IMG/VR virus record: IMGVR_UViG_3300034375_010865
Coordinates: 1 to 57,517 of that record
Source: a virus
Taxonomy: Duplodnaviria > Caudoviricetes
Strand: one strand, 5' to 3'
Length of the DNA: 57,517 nucleotides
The notes below the pieces were generated by a model that was not told the DNA's origin, searched no databases, and was given only the letters and a program-made list of their open reading frames with translations. The translations under genes and the position numbers were made by a program. Each line of letters opens with the position of its first letter. Position 1 is the stretch's first letter. Below are positions 19,701 to 27,500 of the stretch, one piece after another.

Positions 19701-19771
19701 CTAGAATCCAGTTTAGATACTGGTTTTGTCTTAATACGACCGCTAAGAAGTCTTGATTCGGATTTAGCCAT
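13703..19771 (-). CDS. Long tail fibre protein (2022 aa)
   Basis: Fibre repeats (GALVVTGGVGIGGALNVGG, GDFTVQGTTTTVN, DITSGIFDSARIP, NLYYT) and C-terminal SELLITHDG...EYG domain. Confidence 0.8.
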   Translation of the reverse strand: MAKSESRLLSGRIKTKPVSKLDSRRSAFISLDNAEPNLGAPDSDRYVLASLTDGTRLFLKFNAGFVVSADSVSADASTFTIDPTGLANAAGTTLADVLDNLDSAISNITSAITTDANFEGDGLAGSPLKLDSDLRIFGITGDSATFTNITSSGTVDFSGATVSDGGTVTTVDIDGGTINNVTIDSSDITVGIGKTLDVSAGTLTLASDQISGDKVEGGTIDTITVNNLTSGNVNVDGGFIDGTAIGHYNADSATFTNLARTSPAGVTAGTYGSTTQIPVITVDSSGFIDSVGVSGITVSTTLNTAADGPTTGSVNLADSSLELAGGEGITTAASGRTITIAGELATVTNKGVASFDSDDFSVTSGFVEIKTGGVSNDQLAGGITTDKLQDATITLGDTTITLGDSSSNLTIDSADITKLDVSGTATLASASVTDLTDNRIVIAGASGELEDDANLTFNGTELNVGASNFTVQQSTGNTQIVGTLDVDGQTTLASANVEDLTNDRLVVAGTDGELEDDANLTYDGSTLTVNNSTASTDTTTGALVVTGGVGIGGALNVGGNMEILGDFTVQGTTTTVNASTLSIRDPLIHLADSNESSDEVDIGFVGHYFDAALGGRQHTGLFRDATDDKYYVFAQYQDSALDSSPRSNIIDRSDPSFVLADFNAATIFADTFSGTVSADSISATGNITAPRFIGDLEGAVEFIAKNASGSTLNKGEVVYINGISGNIPTVDRADADNAAAMPAFGVVKENANNNAEVIVYTFGTLGNLNIPSGTYSVGDTLYVSTTPGAFTNVKPTGESSLIQNIGQVSRVHSSAGSIKIVGAGRTAATPNLNENRIFIGNASNQAVTISLDSAVDSDHIQSKINQEFIDTFDTHDSAAVVGQINDTVTLNYINDFTGGDFDSDLIPPLAAVDITSGIFDSARIPSLAAADITSGIFDSARIPQLSTDGVNEGSNLYYTTSRVDSAIDDKVTLGYINSLIDSSFDSDLIPPLSTVDITSGIFDSARIPPLAADDITSGVLDSARIPQLSTDDVNEGSNLYYTTARVDSAIDDKVTLGYINSLIDSSFDSDLIPPLSASDITSGVFDSDRIPALTADNISGVLDSSVIPVLAAADITSGIFDSARIPQLTTDDVNEASNLYYTTARVDSAIDVRVDSDFIQPLARAAIVEGTGITYDSANGIVSTNDAEIDHDALSNFVANEHIDHSTVDIDAGDGLAGGGDITASRTLAVGAGVGIRVNPDDIDIDSSELATYYSKAINHDNTSGFVANEHINHANVNINAGKGLTGGGDITTSRTIDIDSANVRSMFSGGDGLTYDSGTGAFTVVGGDGITANSNEIEVTVDGSTIELSAVDGSGAVRVKDGGITNAKLEFDSSTIGTTSIVLGGSTTTLAGLTQIDVDNVRILDNTVGTSSGDLILDPAPLNDSTGTVVILGDLQVNGTTTTINSVDLTIRDKNIIIADSATSSSQADGAGITVGSYSDNPKITYRTAGDKWEFSKTIDVTGEALVSTLTPSTDSALASKFYVDNSVSASTLQVVTDRGNSTTNTITVAGITTNGDITFSDSDDLIMPDRSKIKLGGDEGLEIYHDSAAFASNFISQKNIRMGTAGSFQVFNAANNQQSMYVNPGGSTILRFANSDRLTTSSSSVDINGNLKISDEAIVSTLTPSIDSALTSKSYVDAQIAALTLHDSALVEQQIDSAEAAYTLDFVTTKGNTTTNNITVGAVTANGTLQVTDAASGGIIVSGNGGGLDDSAYLIFNSRAKFGYIDRKITINDRNLNDASTSKDFVINLFDSDQLFIDGSAKRIGIRETSPQATLDVAGDVFIDDSLSANRITRRTASTSPGTYGTSTKIPVITVDASGFVDSIGLVGAQASLGDTVDSINFNPLTGDFRLVTDVATFVEPIIPRVFANNIDIDSKVNIGGDSDRTTSISQTAIATFSATTYSGAKVVVTAKDGNNRYISELLITHDGSTAVATEYGQVATGSTLATYDVDINGGDVRLLATPASTNPTIFKVMKMLLTD
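16320..17110 (-). repeat. About three copies of an 83-aa (249-bp) fibre repeat built from 18-aa subrepeats
   Basis: Segments starting at 16585 and 16834 are near-identical DNA at 249-bp offset. Confidence 0.85.
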
Positions 19772-20099
19772 TGAGCGATTCCAATATACCCATTACTAGT
19801 TTGAGTTTATTATCTTTATTAGATTGCATTTTAAGTATAGCATCTGAAGTAATTACCAGTTTACCTACAGAACCATTTGCAGTATCTCTAGAAGGAACAT
19901 CAAACTGAGAAAGCAGCTCAATACCACTAGCACTTGCAGAGTCGTGATAGTTAAAAGTTACGGTGGCATCTGAATCCGATGCATTGGTAATTTGTGTCGA
20001 AAGCACAATCCCAGTATAATTACTAGGAGCAGTATAAACTGTTTGATTAGTAGTATCAATCGACTTTGTTATTGTTTTAAATACATTTAATTCTGCCAT
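19764..20099 (-). CDS. Small conserved structural protein
   Basis: LNVFKTIT...VYTAP..YTGIVLSTQITN...GKLVI; coupled to the fibre gene. Confidence 0.65.
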   Translation of the reverse strand: MAELNVFKTITKSIDTTNQTVYTAPSNYTGIVLSTQITNASDSDATVTFNYHDSASASGIELLSQFDVPSRDTANGSVGKLVITSDAILKMQSNKDNKLKLVMGILESLNG

Positions 20100-20101
20100 G
20101 T

Positions 20102-22543
20102 TTAATCCTCAAGGGCAAGAGAGAATGGAGTTACACGAGCAAACAGGCTTCGATCAAACGCCTGTCCCTCAATAGTTCCGGTTGATCTTTGGATAAGGAA
20201 GTCCTCACCGACTCTGAAATCACCTTTCTGATCCGTACTAGTGACAAAACAAAGACCCGCTCTATTAGAATCTTGTACGACTTCATCTGCCTGAGCAGGA
20301 ACGCCTCCGCGATATGGGAAAGCGGTACGAACATCCGTTCCAGTTCCGATCCATTCAAACGTATGACCGGAAGAGGATAGTGCACTTCTCTGGTGGAACG
20401 TAGCTGAATCACCATCGGAAAATGCAATGGTAGGATTTTCTAAAAGCTTAACTGTACCAAGTCTAGTATCAGAGTCATATGAAGAAGAGTCAATCGTGAA
20501 ATACTTAGGATCAGAAGAAAATTTAATGGCGTCGGAAATATTCGGCCGCTGTGTTAAATTCTTCAAAGAAATGATATTATCTAAAATGTCTTGATCGCTG
20601 TCAACCGCTGCTTCATACAGCTTAGGAGAAACGCCAGTTGCTTTTAATCCAATATTACCAAAAGAACTGTTGGAGTTGGTAATAGATGCAAATCCACCAT
20701 TTTCAGCTAAAAATCCTACATCACAGTATACGGTAAACACTGATACTAACTGACAGTAACCTCTGTTTTTCAGATAGATTCCCTTACCACCTTGGTTGAT
20801 CTGTGTAAAGGAGTCAACAACCATAGATCTGATTCCGCCAGCGTGGTTGCCGTCGTTTCTAATGCCATCGCCACCTTGTGCAGGTAATGTAGCATCAGAC
20901 GAATCTGGATACACATAAGTACCATCATCGTTTCTAGATAAATCTGGGCCAGTGATAGATGTACAGTTTCTGATGTAAGGGGAGTTTACGATAATATTTG
21001 ATGCAGAGTCTCCAGCCGGATCCCAGGCAAATACCGCAGCCGGCTGTAAATGATCTCTAAAAGTAAAATCAGAAACGTATGCGTTGTTGTTAACATAGAA
21101 TACGTCTCTAGTTTTATTCTTTGGGCGAATACTAGTATTCTTAAGATTGTCTCCAATAAGAGAAACGTTTTTAGGAATCTCTACGGGATTATTGACAATA
21201 TATTCACCTGTTTTTACATAGATAGTTGACGCAATCTCTGGCGCATCAAGAACATCTTGATATCTGTCGCCGATACCAAATAATAATGGGAATTCACTAT
21301 CAACTAAATCAATTACATCATTGATAATACCAGTCTTATTATCAGTGATATTATCAAAAGACGTCAAAAGTGCAGGCGCATCCAAACCATTACTATCAAA
21401 AGTAGTTCTAGTATCCAAATCAGGAGTAGTTCTAGAAGCCGGTAAAGACGTTGTACCGTTTCTGATTACATTACCGATCATTGTAGCAGAGGCTGCTAGT
21501 TCAGTAATTTTCATATTTCTAGGAGTTGAGCCAGTTGTATTCTGAGTAACTGTATAATTACCACCAGGACCTGATAAAGTTACGGCAGATCCTGTTAAAA
21601 TATCTTCTAAGATAGTTGCAAGTCTATCGTATGCTGCTGCAGTTTCAGTTTTTTGATATGCAGGAATTTGGGCGCCATTATGGAAGAAGAAGTTTGCGTT
21701 ATCATATGCACCGGCGTTACCAAGATATACTGCATCATAGGTTATTGCTTCTACAGCATACTCAATATCTCTTTTACATTTAGCACTATCATACTGAATA
21801 TTATAGTTTGCTTTTACAAACTCATTAACTTCTTCAGCCATGAATGTTTTGTTATTCAGTAGTCGCTGTTTAGATCTAGACGCATCGGTTTCAGTATCAG
21901 CCGAGTCATAATATGTTGCAACATTAATAGGTAACGGATATGCGTTTGAATCTAGGATAGTTGCATTATCTTTACCACTATCGATAATGTCTTTAAGCTC
22001 GGCCCAGTATACATTAGATCTAGTAAGAGAGGTTCCTGTGATAGCAGGAAGATCATTGATAAGATCTCTTGTCTTATCTAAGCTAAATAAAACTTCAGTA
22101 ATTCCTTTGGTATAAGATCCAGCTCTACCTTGGAAAACCTGATTAAACGTAGTTCCTAAAGCAATATCGTACTTAGATCCGTCAATGTAAAGACCCAGAT
22201 CTCTTCTAGTCTTATTTTCTAGTACAGATCCCTCAGCCCCGTCGGAATCAAGACCTGCAGTTCCTCTTCTTTTAGCTGCTTCTTCTAATGCTTTTTCGAT
22301 TGTCAAGTAGGCTTTGTCTAAGCTAGTACCAGCGTTACTATCGCTGCCGCTTTTAGAAACGTAGAAAACGTTTTCGGCTACTGCAGAAGCACCGACTTCC
22401 ACAATAGAAAGTTCACCATCTTTATCTCTTTTGAAAAACAAAGTACCATCATGGGTGTTGATGGCTACCTCGCCAAGATCTAGCTGCGCAGTAGTGGGTT
22501 TATTACCAGCAACAGCGCTGCGGCGTAACTTAATAGTTGACAT
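20102..22543 (-). CDS. Structural protein with Mtd_N-like N-terminus and beta-helix (pectin-lyase-like) domain
   Basis: IKLRRSAVAG.KP...GEVAINTHDG; VFYVSKSGSDSN.GTSLDKAYLTI; SPYIRNCTS, SMVVDSFTQINQGG. Confidence 0.7.
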   Translation of the reverse strand: MSTIKLRRSAVAGNKPTTAQLDLGEVAINTHDGTLFFKRDKDGELSIVEVGASAVAENVFYVSKSGSDSNAGTSLDKAYLTIEKALEEAAKRRGTAGLDSDGAEGSVLENKTRRDLGLYIDGSKYDIALGTTFNQVFQGRAGSYTKGITEVLFSLDKTRDLINDLPAITGTSLTRSNVYWAELKDIIDSGKDNATILDSNAYPLPINVATYYDSADTETDASRSKQRLLNNKTFMAEEVNEFVKANYNIQYDSAKCKRDIEYAVEAITYDAVYLGNAGAYDNANFFFHNGAQIPAYQKTETAAAYDRLATILEDILTGSAVTLSGPGGNYTVTQNTTGSTPRNMKITELAASATMIGNVIRNGTTSLPASRTTPDLDTRTTFDSNGLDAPALLTSFDNITDNKTGIINDVIDLVDSEFPLLFGIGDRYQDVLDAPEIASTIYVKTGEYIVNNPVEIPKNVSLIGDNLKNTSIRPKNKTRDVFYVNNNAYVSDFTFRDHLQPAAVFAWDPAGDSASNIIVNSPYIRNCTSITGPDLSRNDDGTYVYPDSSDATLPAQGGDGIRNDGNHAGGIRSMVVDSFTQINQGGKGIYLKNRGYCQLVSVFTVYCDVGFLAENGGFASITNSNSSFGNIGLKATGVSPKLYEAAVDSDQDILDNIISLKNLTQRPNISDAIKFSSDPKYFTIDSSSYDSDTRLGTVKLLENPTIAFSDGDSATFHQRSALSSSGHTFEWIGTGTDVRTAFPYRGGVPAQADEVVQDSNRAGLCFVTSTDQKGDFRVGEDFLIQRSTGTIEGQAFDRSLFARVTPFSLALED

Positions 22544-22564
22544 TACGTCTCCAAACCTACATTT

Positions 22565-22627
22565 GACTTATATAAGTCTAAAACTTTATATATTAGAGTG
22601 GCGACAACTATATAGCCTTACGCCACT
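22565..22627. promoter_or_regulatory. Structured 5' leader with three TATATA-looped inverted repeats
   Basis: GACTTATATAAGTC palindrome; TCTAA..TATATA.TTAGA; AGTGGCG..CTATATAG..CGCCACT. Confidence 0.45.
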
Positions 22628-22633
22628 TTCAAC

Positions 22634-22641
22634 TATTTATA
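22634..22641 (-). promoter_or_regulatory. T4-type late promoter TATAAATA
   Basis: tatttata in intergenic region upstream of 22543. Confidence 0.75.
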
Positions 22642-23664
22642 CTAGTAGGTTCCGCCGTCAACCGTATCGATGGTAACTAAACCACCTACAACATCAAAGT
22701 TATCACTGTCAAATTGTGCCACACCTACCTGAGCTATTGTAGCTGTTGGAACTTCAAAATCAATAGTTCCGTCTACATCTTGATAGGTTACCGAAATATT
22801 AGTTTCTGTATTTCCAGAAACCATTGCACCAACAACATCTTCAATGGCTTCTGCTTTAAGGCTAGCAATGCCACTATTAAAGACAAAATCATCACTATCT
22901 AAGAAACTCTTAAGAGCACTATCAGTAAAAGTAATGTCAGTAATATCAGCATTACTGATAATAGCAGAGTCTACATTAATCGCCCTACTAAAGTTCCATC
23001 GGTCATTAGTACCGTCATAGGTAATACTAGGAGATGTTGCACCGAATACTGAATTAGCATCTGCAGAGAAAACAATAATACCAGCGCCATCAAACTCTAA
23101 TGGAGCTGTACCGCCACTATCACCTACAATAATAGCTAGATCATTGATAGTAACTTCAGTTGAGTTAACTGTTGTTGTGGTACCGTCAACCCTCAGGTTA
23201 CCTTTAATAATTACGGTACCAGAGTCAGCTGACGGATATGGGTTAATAATTAATGTTTCGTTGCTTGAATTAGTTCTAATCTCATTAGCTTCAAATTCAA
23301 GCTGACCTACTGTAACAATGCCTGTAGATGGATTTAGGGAAAGATTTCCAGAGCTTGTGCTGATCTCTCCACTATCAACCGTAATGTTATCAACTTTTAA
23401 TTGATTGATTTTATTACTAGCATCTGTAATGATAGCAGAAGATGCTGTAAGAGTACCTGGAGTATGATCTAAATAATTGGTAAAGTATTCACCACCAATG
23501 ATTGCAGTTCTATTAGAACCACCATTGGGAACACCTACGAATAATCGCTGGCCTTCATTAGTAGAAGTACCAGTACCAAACGCATACGCAAGTTCACCGC
23601 GGGCTAGATTACCATCAGCTGGTTTACCGTCGCTATCCGAACGTTTAATAAGAATGACGGCCAT
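22642..23664 (-). CDS. Fibre-like structural protein with Mtd_N-like N-terminus
   Basis: ILIKRS...L.RGELAY; shares GNLRVDGTTTTVNS and GVAQFDSDNF motifs with the 2022-aa fibre; ends DGGTY. Confidence 0.7.
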   Translation of the reverse strand: MAVILIKRSDSDGKPADGNLARGELAYAFGTGTSTNEGQRLFVGVPNGGSNRTAIIGGEYFTNYLDHTPGTLTASSAIITDASNKINQLKVDNITVDSGEISTSSGNLSLNPSTGIVTVGQLEFEANEIRTNSSNETLIINPYPSADSGTVIIKGNLRVDGTTTTVNSTEVTINDLAIIVGDSGGTAPLEFDGAGIIVFSADANSVFGATSPSITYDGTNDRWNFSRAINVDSAIISNADITDITFTDSALKSFLDSDDFVFNSGIASLKAEAIEDVVGAMVSGNTETNISVTYQDVDGTIDFEVPTATIAQVGVAQFDSDNFDVVGGLVTIDTVDGGTY

Positions 23665-23982
23665 TTAGTATTCGCCCCCGTTAATCGTTTGTACTTGATT
23701 CGGCCTGTCAGTTCTTCCTAATGTTGTAGTAGTCTCGAATCTGTTTGTGTTTTTATTGAAAACCAAAAGGCTTCCATCTTGTACATTTGTCGTTATGCTG
23801 TTCAAAAGATTACCAGCGCTGTCAGCAACGTCACCTAAATCTCTAAGCAGATTACCTCTGGCGTCTGAAAGAGCTATCGGCTTTTTAACAACAATTTTTT
23901 CAACAATAGTTCCATTTTTATATGTAACTTTTATTTTCTTCGCGTCAGCATTCCTTCTGAGTTCACTTACATAGGTAGCCAT
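23665..23982 (-). CDS. Hypothetical structural protein
   Basis: L.DLGDV, DGSLLVFN, C-terminal INGGEY. Confidence 0.6.
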   Translation of the reverse strand: MATYVSELRRNADAKKIKVTYKNGTIVEKIVVKKPIALSDARGNLLRDLGDVADSAGNLLNSITTNVQDGSLLVFNKNTNRFETTTTLGRTDRPNQVQTINGGEY

Positions 23983-23993
23983 TTATAATCATC

Positions 23994-24344
23994 CTATTTA
24001 GTGACGGAAGGAGTGACATTAATTTTTCCTTCTAAAATTCGTTCAACAATAACATCATCATCACCGCTTAATAATTCAATATCATATACATATCTACCAG
24101 GCTTCATCGTATCTGTAGTAGTATTTGTTAGAGTAATCAAAGCAATTCCGTCAGAGGCCGGAGCACTTACTGTAGTAGTCCAATCAAAGATTTGATCGCT
24201 GTCAGTCGTATCATAATTCTTTTTAATCTTACCACGCAACGTATGACCAGTTAAGTTTTTTGCTGCACCATTTTCTTCTTTTAAATGCAGCTCAACCGTA
24301 ATGTCTGTACCCTGATCAATTGTCAAATCTCTATTCTGAGCCAT
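23994..24344 (-). CDS. BppU-like baseplate/fibre adaptor
   Basis: LTIDQGTD, NLTGHT, GRYVYDIEL, RILEGKINVTPSVT. Confidence 0.65.
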   Translation of the reverse strand: MAQNRDLTIDQGTDITVELHLKEENGAAKNLTGHTLRGKIKKNYDTTDSDQIFDWTTTVSAPASDGIALITLTNTTTDTMKPGRYVYDIELLSGDDDVIVERILEGKINVTPSVTK

Positions 24345-24369
24345 GATTTCCTCTAAAACTAGTTTGTTA

Positions 24370-24377
24370 TATTTATA
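24370..24377 (-). promoter_or_regulatory. T4-type late promoter TATAAATA
   Basis: tatttata upstream of 24344. Confidence 0.75.
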
Positions 24378-24386
24378 ATCAATGGA

Positions 24387-24590
24387 TTATTTAGATTTGA
24401 TCAGGTCTTGGATCAATGTCTTTAATTCTCTAACTTCACTTTTTAATTCATCAAACTCTTGTTTTTCTCTCTCTATCTTTTCTTTTCTTGCTTTTGCTCT
24501 TTCCAGAGCAGTCTTATTCATGTTAACAATTGCACCACTTTCATTGCGGTAGAGGTCCTTATGTCCCTCTACCTTTATCAAATTCTTCAT
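24387..24590 (-). CDS. Small coiled-coil protein following the VrlC-like gene
   Basis: KVEGHKDLYR..SGAIVN plus C-terminal heptads. Confidence 0.7.
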   Translation of the reverse strand: MKNLIKVEGHKDLYRNESGAIVNMNKTALERAKARKEKIEREKQEFDELKSEVRELKTLIQDLIKSK

Positions 24591-24591
24591 A

Positions 24592-27500
24592 TTAAGTACC
24601 TAATGCAATCGCTCTGATATCTCTGAGACGTGGAACCTTAGAAGAGTTACCAGATCTAAAGACCACCTTAATCTTAAAGGTATCGAACGGAGTCAGAGTT
24701 CCACTTTGACCACCGATCAAATACTCGTATTCTCTGAAGACCGCAGTATCATCATCAGAAGGATTATTACTTTCTTCTTCAATTAACACATAATTCAGCT
24801 CATTAATATCTGTATCATCACCTGCAGATACCAACTTATAGTACACATCAATGAAAGTATTTGATGGTCTGTTAGCACCAATCAGAATCTTCAGTCCTAC
24901 AGCCGGTTCTTCTAAGTTAATATTCTTAGAGACATACTTGGCAATAGACGTACCATCAACAGGATCTGTCTCTGCAACATAGTTGATAGGAACATTTGTC
25001 AGTGTAGTATCTACTCCAGCAGAGTCGACTTGGTTATCAATGATATTATTGAATAAGCCAAGTTCAGCAGTCTGCATATCAATCACTGGAGAAAGATATT
25101 TGTTAGTAGTCGTAAAAGTTGCTGTAATGTTAGCAGATCTAGTCGATGCTCCTAACTCAGCGATTTCAATCTTTCTACCGGCAATTACACCTGGAGCTGT
25201 CAGAATAATAGGTTCATTACCATTGAACGGATGATTCGTAGCAGACGAGCTATAAGCTACGTTACTAGCATCACCTGCAGTACTTAACGAAACACCATTT
25301 CTAAAGTTTCCTGTCATTGATAGACTGACTTCAGGACGGATGAATGTTTCAATATTAGGAATAACTCTATCAAACATAATATTTTGAGTAACAGTGATAT
25401 CATTGCTACCAGCTACCGTAGAAGCCGTAGCAGAAGAGTCTGCAGTAATAGTAAATCCATAACCATCTACATTTACCACAGTTCTATCACCCAGAATTGA
25501 GCTACCAGCAATACCACCAATATCATCGGAAGAATCAATACCTCCGATACTGATAACGTCACCTTTTACCAATCCGTGATTAGGATTTTTAAAGAACACT
25601 GTTGAAGATCCAGAGTCTACAAAAATTGGATTGTTTTCTAAGAGATCATCTTCCAGATCATCGTTTCTCAGATATGCAGTACCAGTCACACTAGTATCAA
25701 AGGATGCAGCAAAAAGCTGGAACATCATGTCACGTTCTTGATCCGGAGTCCAAGTTCTAGAGTTCTGCGACATGAACAAGGACCCGAGAACTGGTTGACG
25801 ACGGATACGTCTTTCAGTCGTGCCGATCTCAAAGTCTCCTGCCTTGGCTACATAAGCATTATAGTCATCAGACGAAGACAGCAGAACAAAGGCATATTCA
25901 GTTTCTGCCTGCAAGTATACAGGTTCCTCAAACACGAAACTTGTAGGAGCGGCAACAATATCCGACAAACTTTCCAGATTCGATGGAATTGTAACATCAT
26001 CTCTGTTTACAGATGTTTCTGCAATAAAGTCTTCAGATGGAACACCAGCAATCATTGGACGAATCTGCATTCTAACTGGAATATCTGTAGCAGGACGTGT
26101 TCTGAAGAATACGTTAATCTTACTAACAAATCCACCCGTCTCCATAGGAAGCTGGAACGATTGTGCCAATGGATCACGTCTTCTAGATCTTCTACGACGT
26201 CTTCTTGGACGTGGACGTGGAATGAATCTAGTGCTAATCTCTCTGGTAACAACTCTACCGTTACCGCTATAACTACTGCTAGCATGTGACAGGGCAGCAT
26301 CCTCATCATCAACGCTAATATCAATCAGCTTAAACTCTCTGTCACCGGTACGGAAGGTATTTGCCGGGATAAAGAACGAGCCAGTAATCTCACCCTTATC
26401 ATCTGTTGTTAGAGTAGTTGCACTATTGGGGTGAGCAGTAGAATTTCTATTGACTGCACCTTGAAGTAGTCTACGAGAATCTCTTCTTACAGCAGTTTCA
26501 CTTCTAACAAAATTTGTAACTGAAGTACCATCAAAGAAAGCAAAATGTCTACTGTTTGGTCTCAGACCTCTAGCCTTGAAGAAGACCAGTCTAGGACGAA
26601 TGAAATCTGAAAGTTCAGTTCTTTCTCTTGTAGTAGTAATGGTTGTGCCATTCTGAGCAGTTCTTCTTGTAGTAGTTACGTTCCACTGCAAGTTGGTATT
26701 TGGCAGAGGTCTGATTCTTCTTTGATTTCTTCTGTTGCTAAGAACCAGTCTTCTCATAGCAGCAGCAACTCTTCTGCGAAGTCTTGGTGTTACTCTACGG
26801 CCCCGAGTTAAACGAGCCCGCAAAGCAGCTGCACCGAAGACGTTTCGTTGTTGAACCTGTGCAGTTATAATTCTACCCGCACGTACCTCATTGACTTCAG
26901 TAAAGAAGTCTACCGAAGGAGTAAGTTCGATACTACCTACATGAGTAATAATGTTGTATGGGTTGACGTTTTCTGTCTCAGACGCTACCAATTGAGTAAT
27001 TACTGCAGAATCTTGGTAGTTCAACATTACCAGTTCACCCGCAACTTTAATATTAGTAGATGCAGCAGAATCGGCAAAAAGGTTTACATTTTTAGTTGTA
27101 AATAATGGTTGAATTAAATCTTGTTCTTCATCAAATGATGCAAAGAATTCACCTGTCTCGGTATCGATAAAATCAATATTTTTAAAGTTGTCTGCAAAGA
27201 AACCATTTTTAAATCTATTGTTTCCATTTGCATCCAGAACTTCAATGTTTGCAGTTTGTGTTTCTAACAAGCTGAGTGTCGTCGTTTCTTCGATGCGGTC
27301 GATTCTATCTTCCAGATTGGCAATATCGGCCATAGTATAGCGTCTATTACCTACAGGTTCAAAAGTAACATCGTCTTCATTATCAGTATATGGTTCTAAA
27401 TCGATGGCATAGATCTGCATTGCATCGTTTGGAACTGTAGGTGGAACTGGATTAAACGCCGAGGTACCCTCAATATACTTAATCTCATTATCAACGTTAA

